Origin: Rozella allomycis CSF55
Taxonomy: Eukaryota
Assembly (NCBI GenBank): GCA_000442015.1
Contig: KE561054.1
Location: 1-64,000, forward strand
Direction: 5' to 3'
Length of the DNA: 64,000 bases
Shown here: positions 51,219-64,000 of the stretch, piece after piece
Layout: each line of letters starts with the position of its first letter
Position numbering within the stretch: the first letter of the stretch is position 1
Notes under the pieces: model-generated
What the model was told of the DNA's origin: nothing
Seen by the model: only the letters and a program-made list of their open reading frames with translations
The model's database searches: none
Position numbers and translations under genes: made by a program

Positions 51219-52862
51219 TTATTTATTCGTTTGCTTCTTCAACATGTTGTGCTTCTTCAGTTCCTCCTTGTTGTAAAAGACTTCTACCAATCCTTTTATT
51301 CAATTCATTTTACCTCCAATGTCGACCCTTTTGGGTGCGGGAACTCCAAATATTTCCTTGGGGTCTTTTGTTACCTGCGTTTCCAATGTCTTCTTAAGGA
51401 ATGGCGTCTTCGCCCATGTCGGAACAATCGCGTTTTTTACCATACGCTCCTCCTCTTCATCACTTCTAATTATATGATTTTTATTATCTAATTTTACTTT
51501 AATGGCGTATCTGGGATTTTAATGGTTTCGTTGGTCTTTACCGGGGTCTCTAATATATTCATCTTCAACCTCTTTGCATCTTCATTTTCCAACTGCAATT
51601 CCTTTTTATTCTTTTGAAGAGATGCAACATTTGCTTTTGGCTTTGGCTTTTCTGGAATCTTGGTCTTATCGGGATTGACCTTGCTAGGTTGGGGTATTTT
51701 TGATTTTATATTCTTAAAGTCCAACTATGACAAATGAAACAATCTAATTACTTTCTTTAACGTTTCCATTGACGTTTGTTTCGCTGGTTGTGTTTTAGCC
51801 AATTGAATATTCTTTTGTCCAATTTGTTTTTCAACATTTTGTTCTCTACTTTTTTGATTTGTTGTTTCTTCTCTTATAATATCCCCTCTAGTCTTTTCAA
51901 CCTCCGCTACCCTGGCTTTAACAATTTCAGCTTTGATTATTTCCTGGTTCAAGTCTTTATTCAACGAAATCTCACTCTTTTTAATATCCATAGGTTTAGA
52001 AAATGATAACACCGTCGATGCCTTTTCAAACATTTCTCTCTTTTCTTCAGTTCTCTTTTCTTCAGTCTTTTTCATTTCTTTTGGCTCTTCAAGAGTTTCA
52101 TTCTGGATTTTCTTTTTTGATTCATCAACTAGTGACATCGAATTGAATATAAAATTGCGTTCCGACTCCAACTTTTTAAAATGCGAATCCGAAGAATTAA
52201 AAGGCTCGTTTGTTTTCAAATTGGAATTATTTTTTTCAATTTCTGTCACTTTCTGCAAAATCGGTGAAGTTGGCGGCTTTATTTTCTCCCTTAAACTTTG
52301 GAAATTTTGCTTCAATGTTTCTCTGCTGCTTTTAATCTTGGCATTCATTTCTTCTTCAAAAACATTCAAATCAAATGGAGATGAGGTCGTTGTAATATTT
52401 TTGGCTCTTTCAATTGATGATGATTCCTGTGTTGTTAATGTTTTAGGCACTTCATTCTGTTTCATCATTATTTCTCGCTGTTTAGGTATTATTTCCCGCT
52501 GTTTAGATAATGGATCCGAATTCTTTGAATTGGAACTCGTCAAGAGTGATGATATTAATGGATTAGGCTTTACAGATTGTCTTGGAGAATCTAGTTGTTT
52601 TGCTTTTTTGAGATTCAGACTAGGAAGTTGGAGAGATCTTTCTGCTACCAGCAAATTCTTTTTGGCTTCTTCGGTCCTTTGTTTTTCTTTAATATTGTTT
52701 GGAATCGGCTTCTTTTTTATTACATATCTAAGTCACAACATGATCAATAAACTACTCTTCATAAAAATCTTTAAAGTATTGTGAAAATACTTGTTCTTGT
52801 TGTGCAAATTCCTCGAATTTTAGACTTCTTAAAGAATCAAAATGCTCAGTGACTTGTTGCAT
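51219..52862 (-). CDS. INCENP/Sli15-like chromosomal passenger protein
   Basis: Charged low-complexity middle; C-terminal IN-box-like VPTWAKTPFLKKTLETQ...DPKEIFG...DIGEVF after splicing. Confidence 0.65.
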
Positions 52863-53015
52863 TAACCTCTGTTCGTTTAAGAAAAATCAAAAATAAAGTA
52901 TTGTCAGCAAAAGTATAGATTTGAATTATAAACGTTTAATAAATAAATTGTTGTATGTGATTATTCTTTTATTAACGATTTCTTGAGGGCCACCCTTGCG
53001 AAGTGAAAATCTAAA

Positions 53016-53371
53016 ATGGCTACAAAAGTACAAAAAGTTATGGTAGAGCCTATTGTAAGCTATTTTTGTTTGTTATAATATTAGACTTTAATATTTAAAT
53101 ATTTACAGACTGTAAGGATTAATATTTTTGTATTATAGAAAACACCTGTGCAAATATGGCTATATGATCACCCAGAAACAAAGTTGGAAGGAATTATTGT
53201 CGGGTTCGATGAATTTATGAACGTAGTTTTAATAAACGCTGTCGAAGTAAATTCAAAACGGGATTCCAGGAAAGAAATAGGTAAGAATGAATAGTAATTA
53301 TGATAGGCAAAATATTGTTAAAGGGAGAGAACATTACACTAATTGGAGCGATTTCAAATCCAACGCAATAA
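53016..53371 (+). CDS. SME1: snRNP core protein SmE (absent from the ORF track; 3 introns)
   Basis: MATKVQKVMVEPI-TLIFKYLQ...VQIWLY...GFDEFMNVVL...ILLKGENITLI. Confidence 0.93.
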
Positions 53372-53378
53372 AATTTAT

Positions 53379-55845
53379 TTAAAATTCGAGTTTTCTGGCG
53401 GCTTTGATTATTTCTGGTTCATGGTTTCCATAAAGCAACTTTGTCCTTGGAGTCATTTGACGCAGAGGAGATGAGCCATTAAACATACCTGAAGGACTCA
53501 TAATGGCCCTAGCAGCATGATTGAATTGTAGAGCTCTGTTTGACTTCATAGGGGACAAATAAATGTTGTGTGAGACTGATATCCTACGAGGAGATTCCAA
53601 ACTACGAAACAGAGGGATTTTGTTGTTTCTTGAAAATTCTGAAATAGAAGATTTAAAGCCCGCCAACTAAGAAGAAAGAAAATAGATTTACTTGTGGCCT
53701 TAATCCATAAATGATGGGCTTTAAAGTTGGAATAAAAATTGTGTTATAGAATCTTATAATATCAACAGAAGGCTCATTTGGTCCCATGTAAACACATCGA
53801 TAGGTCGAGTCCTGGAATTGTGGCTGATCTTTGTAAAGGCAGAGGATTTCCTTGAAGGATTTCTCACAATTCAAGATTTTGCAGACGCCATAAACAATGC
53901 AGATTAAAATTTGGTCTAGATGCCTATTTTTTAGAATAGTTAAACGCGATTCGTTCTCCACAATGTAAATAATCACATCCCATGCACCCTGGACGACTTC
54001 CTTATCCAAAGCTAAGCCAATCGTCCAGAATTGAAGTCGAAGCCATAGAAGCCGAAAAAGCTTTCTAAAAAGAATCTAAAGTAGTAAAATAAGGAACGCA
54101 TTATTACTTGCGTTCTAGTTGGTTTGTTGGCATCAATTTGTTGATTATTCTGATGGCGCGTAATGGCCTCCCCGTAAAGAGCAGGCACGACTTGGGAGAT
54201 AACTGCCAAGGCCTTCTTAGTAGAGGAATTCTCCTTTGACAAATCTTCGGCCGTCATAATAGAGTAGAATGGGGATTTGTCATCCCAAATCGTACTTTCC
54301 AAAGAACGTTCTTCAATCTCCTTTAATCGTTTTATGACAATCCAAGGGAACTTGGAAATTTAGAAAATAAATTCTTACATTCGATTCGCATTTTATAACC
54401 ATTTCAACTAGAACAATGTAATCAATACAAGTGATTTCACAGACTTTAAAAATGTCTGCAGTTGAAAGTGGTTGGACTTCAAAAACAAATCTCACAATCT
54501 CACTACAAATGGCCAACAAGCTGCAATGAAACGTTTTATCGTTGAGCCACGCGCTAAAGTTGTTTTTGCCGCATCTTTCACTCTCTGCTAATACCATCGA
54601 CTCTAGCAAATGAAAGTATAACTTTATGGCAATGTTAACCATCGGGAGCGTGTCTTTTAATTTATCCTTTACACTATAAACGAGAGATGATATTAAAGAT
54701 GAGGGATTTGGTGAACAATGGTTAAAAAATTCATCCAAGCGAATTGATGGAAAATCTTGCCCCTGGTCGATGATTTCATGAATACGATTTTGACATCCGC
54801 CCATGTCTGGAATCAAAACGTGAGTTTTAGCCTTGTTTATCCAACGCGCACTCAATGGCGTGGATGGCATCGACTTTTATTAGTGTTTTGTTTAATTTAC
54901 TTGGAACCCACTAAAACATTCGCTACTTTCTCTCTTGGGTGGCGTGGAGGGTGGATTTATAAACTTTCTTGCATCAATCCTCATTCTCGCATACAATGAC
55001 TGCTCATAAATCCACGAAAGCATTTGTGTCTTTTCAGTCATTGCGATGGCATTGTCTAGAAAGAGGTACTCTAACAAGTCTAAATAAATTTTACTTGTTT
55101 CAATCTCTCTTCCACTAAAGGAAAAATAATTGGAAATTTTTCTTTGCATTCTGATAGATTTTCGTAACGCGCACAAATTTGAATTATTTCTGAAATTTCA
55201 CTTTCGCTGGAAAGGTTTGGTAAATCGTCTTTTAACCCTAAAAAATACTCGTACTTGATAAACAAAGAAATAACATCCAAAGAAATTCCTTTTTCTCCGC
55301 ACTTTCTCCATCTAATAGAGCCTGTAATTGATTAAATCGATGGGTGTGATTCTCACTCTCCTTGTCGAGCTTTTCACACTTTTCTGGGTCAACAAGTTGC
55401 AAAGAAAACAGGAATTCGGAAATCGAAAGATTGGATGCTGCCAATAATTGTTCTAGAGTTATTCCACAGTCATCAACTTCAAAACTCTTCAAATAGACAC
55501 CTACAGAAACCAGAATATTCTAAATCTATTTAAATAAAATGTGTATACGATTTCTTTAATTTTTTCCTGCATTGAATTAATCTTTGCAAGCAAGTCTACC
55601 AAAGGTATTTTTAACTGAGGAATATGCAACTTTACAAACTCTTCAATTCTTTCTTTCAAGTTAATCTTTAGTTTTTTCTGATTCTATATATTTTTAATCA
55701 CTCATCTTACCCTTTCTCCTTCAAAATCATCGTTAACCGGTGTTGTCTTTTTGATAGTACTCTGCTCTGATTTTGGCACGGATAAATAATTATCAGTGTT
55801 TTTTCTTGCATCGTTGTCATCCTTTTCATCTACTTTAGTCGTCAT
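53379..55845 (-). CDS. Retinoblastoma-family pocket protein
   Basis: RB_A: LYFHLLESM...FHCSLLAICSE; RB_B: NRHLDQILIC...Y.DQPQ...DIIRFYNTIFI; C-terminal NIYLSP and MTPRTKLLY. Confidence 0.9.
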
Positions 55846-55978
55846 TTCAAGCGCGCGGTTTGTTTGAATAAGGAAAAATGAAAAGGCAAGGGTTTATTGT
55901 CATTATACATATTCCTGATAGATCCAATCAAAAAGACTGAAAAATATAATATAGATTATTAGATTTATTTTTGTTGCC

Positions 55979-56812
55979 TTACGATCTTGATGAGCTAGAA
56001 CTGGTAGAATAGGATCGACGACGTCTTGAATCGTTTCTTCCTCTACTATCCCTACGCCCTCTTTCACGGCGTTCTTTTGGCGATTTAGAGCGATCACGAT
56101 AATTGGAGCTACGTCTATGACGAGAACGAGAACGATCCCTAGATTGAGATCGCCCACGAGAGACAGATCGAGAACGTACACTGGATCGTGATCTAGATCT
56201 ACGGTGCTTGCGTTCTACAGGAGGCGAATGTTTCGATGAGCGGGGCCTATATGTATCAATTGTTCTTCCTTGTCTCTCCTTCTTTCTTTGCTCTATTTCT
56301 AGTGCTTTTGCTTTCTCTCTTTCTTCTTTTCTTAAAAGCTGTATTTGTGGATCAAATGAAGCACCTTCTTGAAAATCATCTTTGATTCCTAAAGCAGCCT
56401 TCCACTTGGCATCCTCAACTTGCTTCGCTTCTGTCTGCTCATGGATTTGGTGATCCAACAATCTAATTTATCATTAAATTTGGTTAAATTACTCTCTTGG
56501 ATCGATTTCGTGGGTCATTTCCTCTTTTTGAAGTTCCTTTCGTCTTGCGTCCACAAACTCTTCTATTTGTTCTTCAGAATACATTCCCTTCTCTTGCAAT
56601 TCAAGTCTCAATTCCATACACTTCACTTCAACTTGTCGTTTCCTTTGGTGCTCCAAAATTCCTTGGTCTACTTTTCTATACAGTCTTGGCGCTTCACTAT
56701 GTTCGTCATAGTTAACTTTCGACTGCTTAGTTTTTATATGTGACAAATTTCTCTGTATGTATCCATTTGTTCCTGACCCTCTGGGGGTGGGTAAACCTAT
56801 TCCATTGTACAT
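55979..56812 (-). CDS. CWC21: Cwc21/SRRM2-like splicing factor
   Basis: MYNGIGLPTPRGSGTNGYIQRNLS, ILEHQRKRQVEVKC, RS tail. Confidence 0.95.
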
Positions 56813-56954
56813 CCTTCACAAGCAAAAATTCCAGAAATATTACATTTTATGAACCAAAATAAACCAAAGCTTTACATTGACTTATACTTGGAATTTGTAA
56901 TTAATTGAATCAATAAATAATTTGTTTTTAATTTTTTTACTTTCCAAAATTCAA

Positions 56955-58123
56955 ATGTCTTCATCAACTCCAAAGTTAAAGCCCCCGACTAGAACTACAA
57001 AAACAAATCAAAAATTAGTTGTATTTCCAGAAGAACCTGAACCATCCATTGAAAAGGAAAAGGAAATCTCTGAGACAATTCAACCTCTTCATCTTAGAAG
57101 AGTGAGTGCTTACTGTATAGCAAAGTAATTTACGTTTTTTACATTTTTAAGTTCAATTGACCTGACAAAAGTGAGAGAGCTTTTGGAAAGCAGACGGAAA
57201 TCTCTTGATATACAAACACGTCGAATTGATGAGGTACTTTATTGTCCATTCTTCCCAGGACTTTTATCTTACTTTACTCTTTTGATGAATGATAACTTTA
57301 GTGAAACCGACCGACTTATTCCCGAGCCAGAGTTTTTTCCTGAATCTAAACCAGAATTCAAAGATATGAATGGGAAAGTAGATGAAGGCGATTTATTTAT
57401 ATTTGATTACGGTGTTATTGTTTTCTGGGGCCTAAGTGAATCAGAAGAACGCTCAATCCTTAAGGAATTAGATCCATTTTGCATTGAAGCTCTACCAACG
57501 AAAGATATTGAAGTCGAGACTTTAAAATATAGATATGACGCTATAAATACACCAAGGATATTTGACGATATTATAACTTTAAAATTCAATATGTATATGG
57601 TTAAGCTATCCATTTCTCATGCTATTGCGCAATCTGTAAAGTTATCTGTTTTTGAAGAACTCATTGATGAAACAATAAATTCCACGCAGATAATTCCTCA
57701 ACAAATGGCGGAAACTGGAAAAGTCCAGATGTCTCGCAAGGCTATTACCAAAAAGATCGGGCAATTGTTTGTAATGAGAATTCATGTCAATCTTGTGTCT
57801 AACGTTTTAGGTATTTTTATATTTGGCATATAATTTCTAGACACCCCTGAGCTTTTTTGGGCCGAGCCAAAGTGGGATCCCACATATAAAGCATCCAGGG
57901 CATATCTTGAAGTAGGCCAGCGCGTTGAAGTGCTTAATCAAAGAACAGCCGTTATATCTGACCTTTTAGAAGTACTAAAGGATCATCTTACAAGTCGGCA
58001 AGGTAAATGGCAGTTTGACTTGTCAAAGGCGAAATTTTAGAAATTATTGTTATTGCCTTGATTGTTATTGAAATCATTCTAGGGATCATAATGATTATAA
58101 TAGAAAGTAGAAATGTAAAATAA
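56955..58123 (+). CDS. RMD1: RMD1/Sif2 family (DUF155)
   Basis: RRVSAYC, FIFDYGVIVFWG, KLSISHAIAQSVKLSVFE, LDTPELFW, C-terminal TM. Confidence 0.88.
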
Positions 58124-58143
58124 ACATTTGAAATTTCAAAATT

Positions 58144-58885
<742 letters not shown>

Positions 58886-58909
58886 AATAAAAAGGATTGC
58901 AAAACTATT

Positions 58910-60521
58910 TTAATCCATAACATTATAATTTATTTCTGAGTTCGGGGTATCAAGTAATGAAACATCTGCGTTGCCCTCTGTAAGCCTTTGTTCATTTTCA
59001 GATATTGACAAGGCCAATGCTAATTGAAGCTCAAAGTCTAATTCATCAGGTGTAACAGACTTTTTCTCATCCACTTCCGGTGACTTTCTTGATTTAGTTT
59101 CATCAATGGGCAGGTAATCATCATCATCTTCCAAAAGTTTGGAGAAGAAGTTTTTCGATTTTTCAAGAATTTGACTAAACGCTCCTTTTGGTGAAACTGA
59201 TTTATCTTTTAAGGAAAGGTTGGAATTGATTGAATTTGATCGCGACAATTGATGCATTTGACGCTCCTTCAATTCTGCGTGATAAATTTCTTCAAACACG
59301 CTCACATTACTTTATTGAAGCTTAAAAAAATATTTTACTCTTTATAAATATCTTCTGTAAGATTTGAAAAGGAGTGAAAATTTATCTTTTCGATAAATTC
59401 AATGGCTCCTTTCATGGTTGTTAAATAATAGGCGTTCTCTTCAATCAGCCTGGATGGATGTCTAAATCTTGAAATAAAATTGATATTCGAAACTATTTTA
59501 GGGGGATTTCCTTTTATGACAATATATATTAACATTGGCATGAAATCATCAGCCCCAGATGAAATGCTGTAACGTTTTATTATTTCATAAATAAAATACG
59601 ATATCCATTTACCATAAATAATTTTGCAGCAATTAAGCAGACAAGTTAACTTATCCTTTGGTGCATGATATAGTTCCATTTTTTGCAATTCTAAGAATGA
59701 CACGACGTAAGATAAATACCTTGACATGCAATTTGACATTCTTTTTCGTCACATATATAATTTATATCTAAATGTTTAAAATCAATCCATTGATGAATAT
59801 ACACTTTCCTATATATTTGTTCATCTTGTAAAGAATCCTGGCTTCGTAGAGGAGAGAATACTCTAATCATGGTTAAATTTCGTAATTACCGCGAATATAT
59901 TTTGGAAACTACAAGTTTTTCGACATAATCTTTAGATTGGTCGACTAGTATCTCATCTGTATTCCAGCAAGGTTGTTCGTCCATTTTACCCCAGATAAAC
60001 TAGAAACTTAAACAGAACTATGTACGTCTAAAAATTGTTTAAGAACATGCTTTTGCTCATCAACGCTTAAATTTCTTCGATAAAATTCTCTGAGTAACCT
60101 AAATCACAAAGAATTGAATTCATTACGACTTAATGTATCGTGCAATCATAATAGATCCAGGAGAGTTCAAAATGGATATAAAATTTTCAAAGGTCATCTT
60201 TTTTGTATTTGTATTTATAACATTTGAATTATCTTGAAAAAACGCGTTAAAATCCCTTTTAATGGGTGAAGAAGGGGACTGCTCCAGTCCCAAAGTCCCT
60301 TGTTCATGGACGTCTTGGTCTTTTTCTGTCTTTTTGAACATATCCAATAAATGCTGTGACACAGATCTTTTAAGACCAACGCTGCCATCAAAGAACGAAG
60401 AAACATCATTATGACCCCTACTGGGACTAAAGGGCCGAGGAGTAGAATTATTTGAGACAGAAGAATTCACAGTATCATTTTCATTGTGGTCTGGGAATAT
60501 TTCGCTGTCTTTGGGTTCCAT
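58910..60521 (-). CDS. VPS9: Vps9/Rabex-5 Rab5 GEF with C-terminal UIM
   Basis: APKDKLTCLLNCC, GADDFMPMLIY, SNINFISRFR, YYLT; UIM-like DFELQLALALS. Confidence 0.88.
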
Positions 60522-60704
60522 TCAGGAAAAATCCTGGTGGATAACAAAAGCGATTGAGGGGCAATAAAAAGACAATAGTCACGAAATACTGCAGATTGTC
60601 GCATTATACTTAGCATTAATAATCATGGAGGAAGATTAATACAGAAGAGTGACGCATTGAATTGATTGTTACTCCCCATTTTTTAATTAAAATTATTTAT
60701 TAAG

Positions 60705-61736
60705 TCAAAACTTGTAATCTTTTTCTGTGCTGTAAGTAAATAAACTTAGTAAATAAACTATATACGAGGAAACTGAAATCATCGGCAATACCCTAAAATC
60801 ACGTTGTAAAAGAAACACAAATCTGTCCAGATATTCACTAGAGGTTTTGTCAGTCAGTATTTTTCGATATACACAATCATCTCTTTGTGCTAGAGTTTTA
60901 TTTCCCTTTTTATTAATATCTTGGAAATACCAAATATCGGGCGGGTAAAGTCTTCCGCTGTTTTCTTTCAAGAAATACTCTGTGTATTCGTTTGCTTTTT
61001 CACTGTCACTTAAAATAAGAACATCTATGCCTTTTAAGGACGAAAAATCCTTGACGTTATCTTCGCTGTTAAACATTACGATGTCAGATGATAATCTTTC
61101 AATAGCGTTTAACTTTTGCAAAATTAGACTCTCGAATTCCGAGCAAGGACTAACTATTCCAACTTTCTTATGCCTAAGGCATATAGCAGTCCCGACAACA
61201 TAATCATACAGCTTTACAAATGAGCTGAAATATCTATCAGGAAATATATGGTGCAAACCGTGATAGTTAAAGTCCACAAAAAACCAATTATTATCCACTC
61301 TAATCTTCTTATCTTTCTGATGATTCGAATCCTCGCCACCATTAATACCATTAACAACGGTTTTCAAAATGACAAAACAAATTACTATTATGAATGTGGA
61401 GTCCCATAAAAGATCCTTAAATATCCAAAAAAATATCATCTGGCCGAAAATTTGGCAGATAGCATCAAATGTAAGTCCAAATTTAAAGTTAAAATCTTTG
61501 AATTTGTCGTTGAATGATAGCCTCCTGTTGTAAAACCAATGATGGACGTTATGCGCGAAAGCCAACCGGCGAAGTTGTTTTATCTGTGACGAATGAAGAA
61601 TGTGAATTAGATGATGTAACAAGTCGAACACGATGGATCCAAAAATGAAACAAGCTAAACCAAATAACAGTTGCTCAAAGTAGACCTTTGAAAGAAAAAA
61701 TATCGACGTAACGGGAACGTAGTTTAAAGATCTCAT
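60705..61736 (-). CDS. Fatty-acid-hydroxylase-like His-box domain fused to a degenerate Rossmann domain (MgdE-like architecture)
   Basis: DLLHHLIH, HNVHH, YHGLHH His boxes; linker YFSSFVKLYDYVVGTAICLRHKKV; intronless. Confidence 0.65.
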   Translation of the reverse strand: MRSLNYVPVTSIFFLSKVYFEQLLFGLACFIFGSIVFDLLHHLIHILHSSQIKQLRRLAFAHNVHHWFYNRRLSFNDKFKDFNFKFGLTFDAICQIFGQMIFFWIFKDLLWDSTFIIVICFVILKTVVNGINGGEDSNHQKDKKIRVDNNWFFVDFNYHGLHHIFPDRYFSSFVKLYDYVVGTAICLRHKKVGIVSPCSEFESLILQKLNAIERLSSDIVMFNSEDNVKDFSSLKGIDVLILSDSEKANEYTEYFLKENSGRLYPPDIWYFQDINKKGNKTLAQRDDCVYRKILTDKTSSEYLDRFVFLLQRDFRVLPMISVSSYIVYLLSLFTYSTEKDYKF

Positions 61737-61911
61737 AGAAAAAAGATTAATACCCTGGTAGGTTGTTTGATTGTATATATTAATGGCGACCCAAACTGTA
61801 TCAATAGATCAATGACTATTTTCTTCCAAAATTTACAATTGATATTTTTTTGATTAATTAAAATGCAAACTTTATTATATAACAATAGAAAGCCCGCCTG
61901 TTTATTAATTA

Positions 61912-63262
61912 TTATCGCAAATTGAAAATAAGTCTCATCTTTTCCAACTCTATAGAGGAAATTTCTAAATGATTGAGAGTTTTTTTCAATTTTTTCCACA
62001 TTTCTTGTTCGGAGCTATGAAGAAGCAAAGAGTTGTATTGGACATCTTTGCGCTCCAGCTTTTGAATTAAAGCATCGTGCAATTTCAATTCAGAGAGCAA
62101 CTTTTGCTTTAGTTTAGCGATACCATTGGCGCATTCTTTTGAAATAGCTTGGTAAAGCTTGGGGAGGTCACAACCCCAGAGAAAAAACATTTTATTTATA
62201 ACTCTTTCAGGCGTTTTAGGTACTTCTTGTAAATGAACATAATTATGTTTTAATAATTTGTATAGTCTTTCTCGTACGTCTTTATTTGGCATCATCGAAT
62301 ATTTCGATACCTAAGTGGCGCATATTTTGGAAAATTACTTGTTTCTCTTCAAGGTAGCCCTTATCAAGCAAAACCCTTATCATTCGAACCGATAACGAAT
62401 CGAATTTGCTATTTATGACACCAAGGGCAAATTTCTTTTTGAGATATTCTTGCCCGAATGTTACATTTATTATATAGACTCCACCCCCGCTGCGATCAAT
62501 CATTTTTAAAAAAGGTGTGTTTTCATGGCAAAGATGGGCAAGAAGATCTTCAAGTTTGTCAACCAACTTGAACTGCTTTTCGTTCTTACAATGCACTCGG
62601 ATTTGGTCATAAGATATACTTCCTTGATCTAGTTATCGAAGAATTGTTACTTCCGATGGATCCTTTTGAGTACAGTAGATTTACAATGGATCTCATTAAG
62701 CCCATGTCGCTGAGTCTCTCTTCAACTGACTTTACTAATTCTTCGAGAAAAACATAATCATCTAAGCAGGAATATTCAACTGCAACATATTCTACATTCT
62801 CTAATACCACGCCCACTCCCTTCTTGGTAATTCGATCGTCTGCATTCTCCAAACTTCTCTTCTTGGATAATTCCTCTTTCAAATCCTCCCTGTCATCATC
62901 AAGATCCAATTTTGCTGTAAAAATTTTAAGAATTCCAGTTTTAAGTAATCTCTCAAGTGCATTTTTATCATCTTCCACTTTGGCAAGAGGAACCCTGTGG
63001 TTTACAAAAACATTCAAAAGCAGCTTATATTCCTTTAATTACTAAATTTTATATTTACTTCATTACCAAATATTTTTCTGACTATAGATAAATACAAAGG
63101 TATACGAACCCTTTGCAAACACCTTTCAGTATTCCAGCTAAAGTCCATATTTAGTAACTCATGTTGAAATAAAGGCACCATAAAAATGTATTTATCCTTT
63201 GAGAAAGTATTCAAGGACGCGACTTCTTTTCCAAAATGCTGCTCGAGGAGGAATTTTTGCAT
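61912..63262 (-). CDS. RPC82: RNA polymerase III subunit RPC3 (C82/RPC62)
   Basis: RMIRVLLDKGYLEEKQ, KDVRERLYKL...VHLQEVPKT...FFLW. Confidence 0.8.
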
Positions 63263-63329
63263 TTTGGAATTTCCTGTAAAAACAAGAATAAAAGACAACG
63301 ATTGAAATTTTATGTTTTTTATTTATAGT

Positions 63330-64000
63330 CTATAGATATTTCGATTTAATAAGTTTGAATACAGTTTCAATGATTACTACTATTCCAATGTAGTAAACGC
63401 AATAAAAAATCATGTATATTTTTCTAATGCCAAAAAATGTAATTAAAACAGAAAATATCATAATTAGAATTTTGTTTGCTTTTGAGAATCTTTATGAAGA
63501 GCCTTTGGCCTAGCTTACCTTTGAGACTTCCTCATTATATGGCAAAGTCCTATGAAAACAAGTGAAAACATTGGTTTGTGGTCATGGAATGATATCCATG
63601 ATGCTGACAAGTTCCTAATCCAAACGGAAAGAACAACGCCATTTAATAATGCCACAAATGTGAATAAATATAGAAAAATATTCGCGTGTCCCGTCTAAAA
63701 ATTTCAACTTCATTAATTACTTTTTCAAAAGGAATCGGTGCAAATAAGAATCCCAGATACGATAACACAATTGAATATTGATAGGGAGCAAGAAATGCAA
63801 CGGCGAATTGAACAATCATCGAAATCGTGTGTCTACTTTTAAAAACTTTCAATTTTTTAATATAATGAGATATTTTGGATATAAATTGAATAATTTGCAT
63901 TACAGCCAAGGATAATCCTACACACACGAAACAGAGAATACAAGAAAGCATAAATGGAACATTAGCACCAAATAGGAAATCACTTTCAGGTGATACATAG
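63330..64000 (-). CDS. 3' end of a polytopic membrane protein, possibly Bst1/PGAP1 GPI deacylase
   Basis: Several TM segments; VLSVWIRNLSASW resembles the Bst1 C-terminal motif; runs off the window. Confidence 0.4.

Overview
AT-rich, very gene-dense eukaryotic DNA with about 35 protein genes, one tRNA-Val(AAC) and a transposon/pseudogene-rich island at about 34.1-39.7 kb. The genes are fungal-like but include RB, Rab2, DEK, a PHD/FYR-type KMT2 and an axonemal LRR fragment. This suggests an early-diverging zoosporic fungus or relative such as a Rozella-like organism (inference). Simple spliceosomal introns are tiny (about 24-32 nt, GT-AG). Main finding: all six introns I found longer than about 35 nt (three in PRP8, three in a P-type ATPase) are head-to-tail concatemers of 2 or 4 complete 27-31 nt GT...AG mini-introns joined AG|GT with zero-length exons. 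This points to recursive (stacked) splicing in a spliceosome limited by intron length. Other signals are a shared ACCCT(G/T)G motif near start codons, intergenic gaps of only 4-30 bp, kb-scale G-to-C skew flips, a candidate GT-TG intron and a signal-peptide-bearing GTPase. Single N characters join overlapping contig ends that differ by SNPs and are probably haplotypes. Gene ends were set by manual splicing and are approximate.
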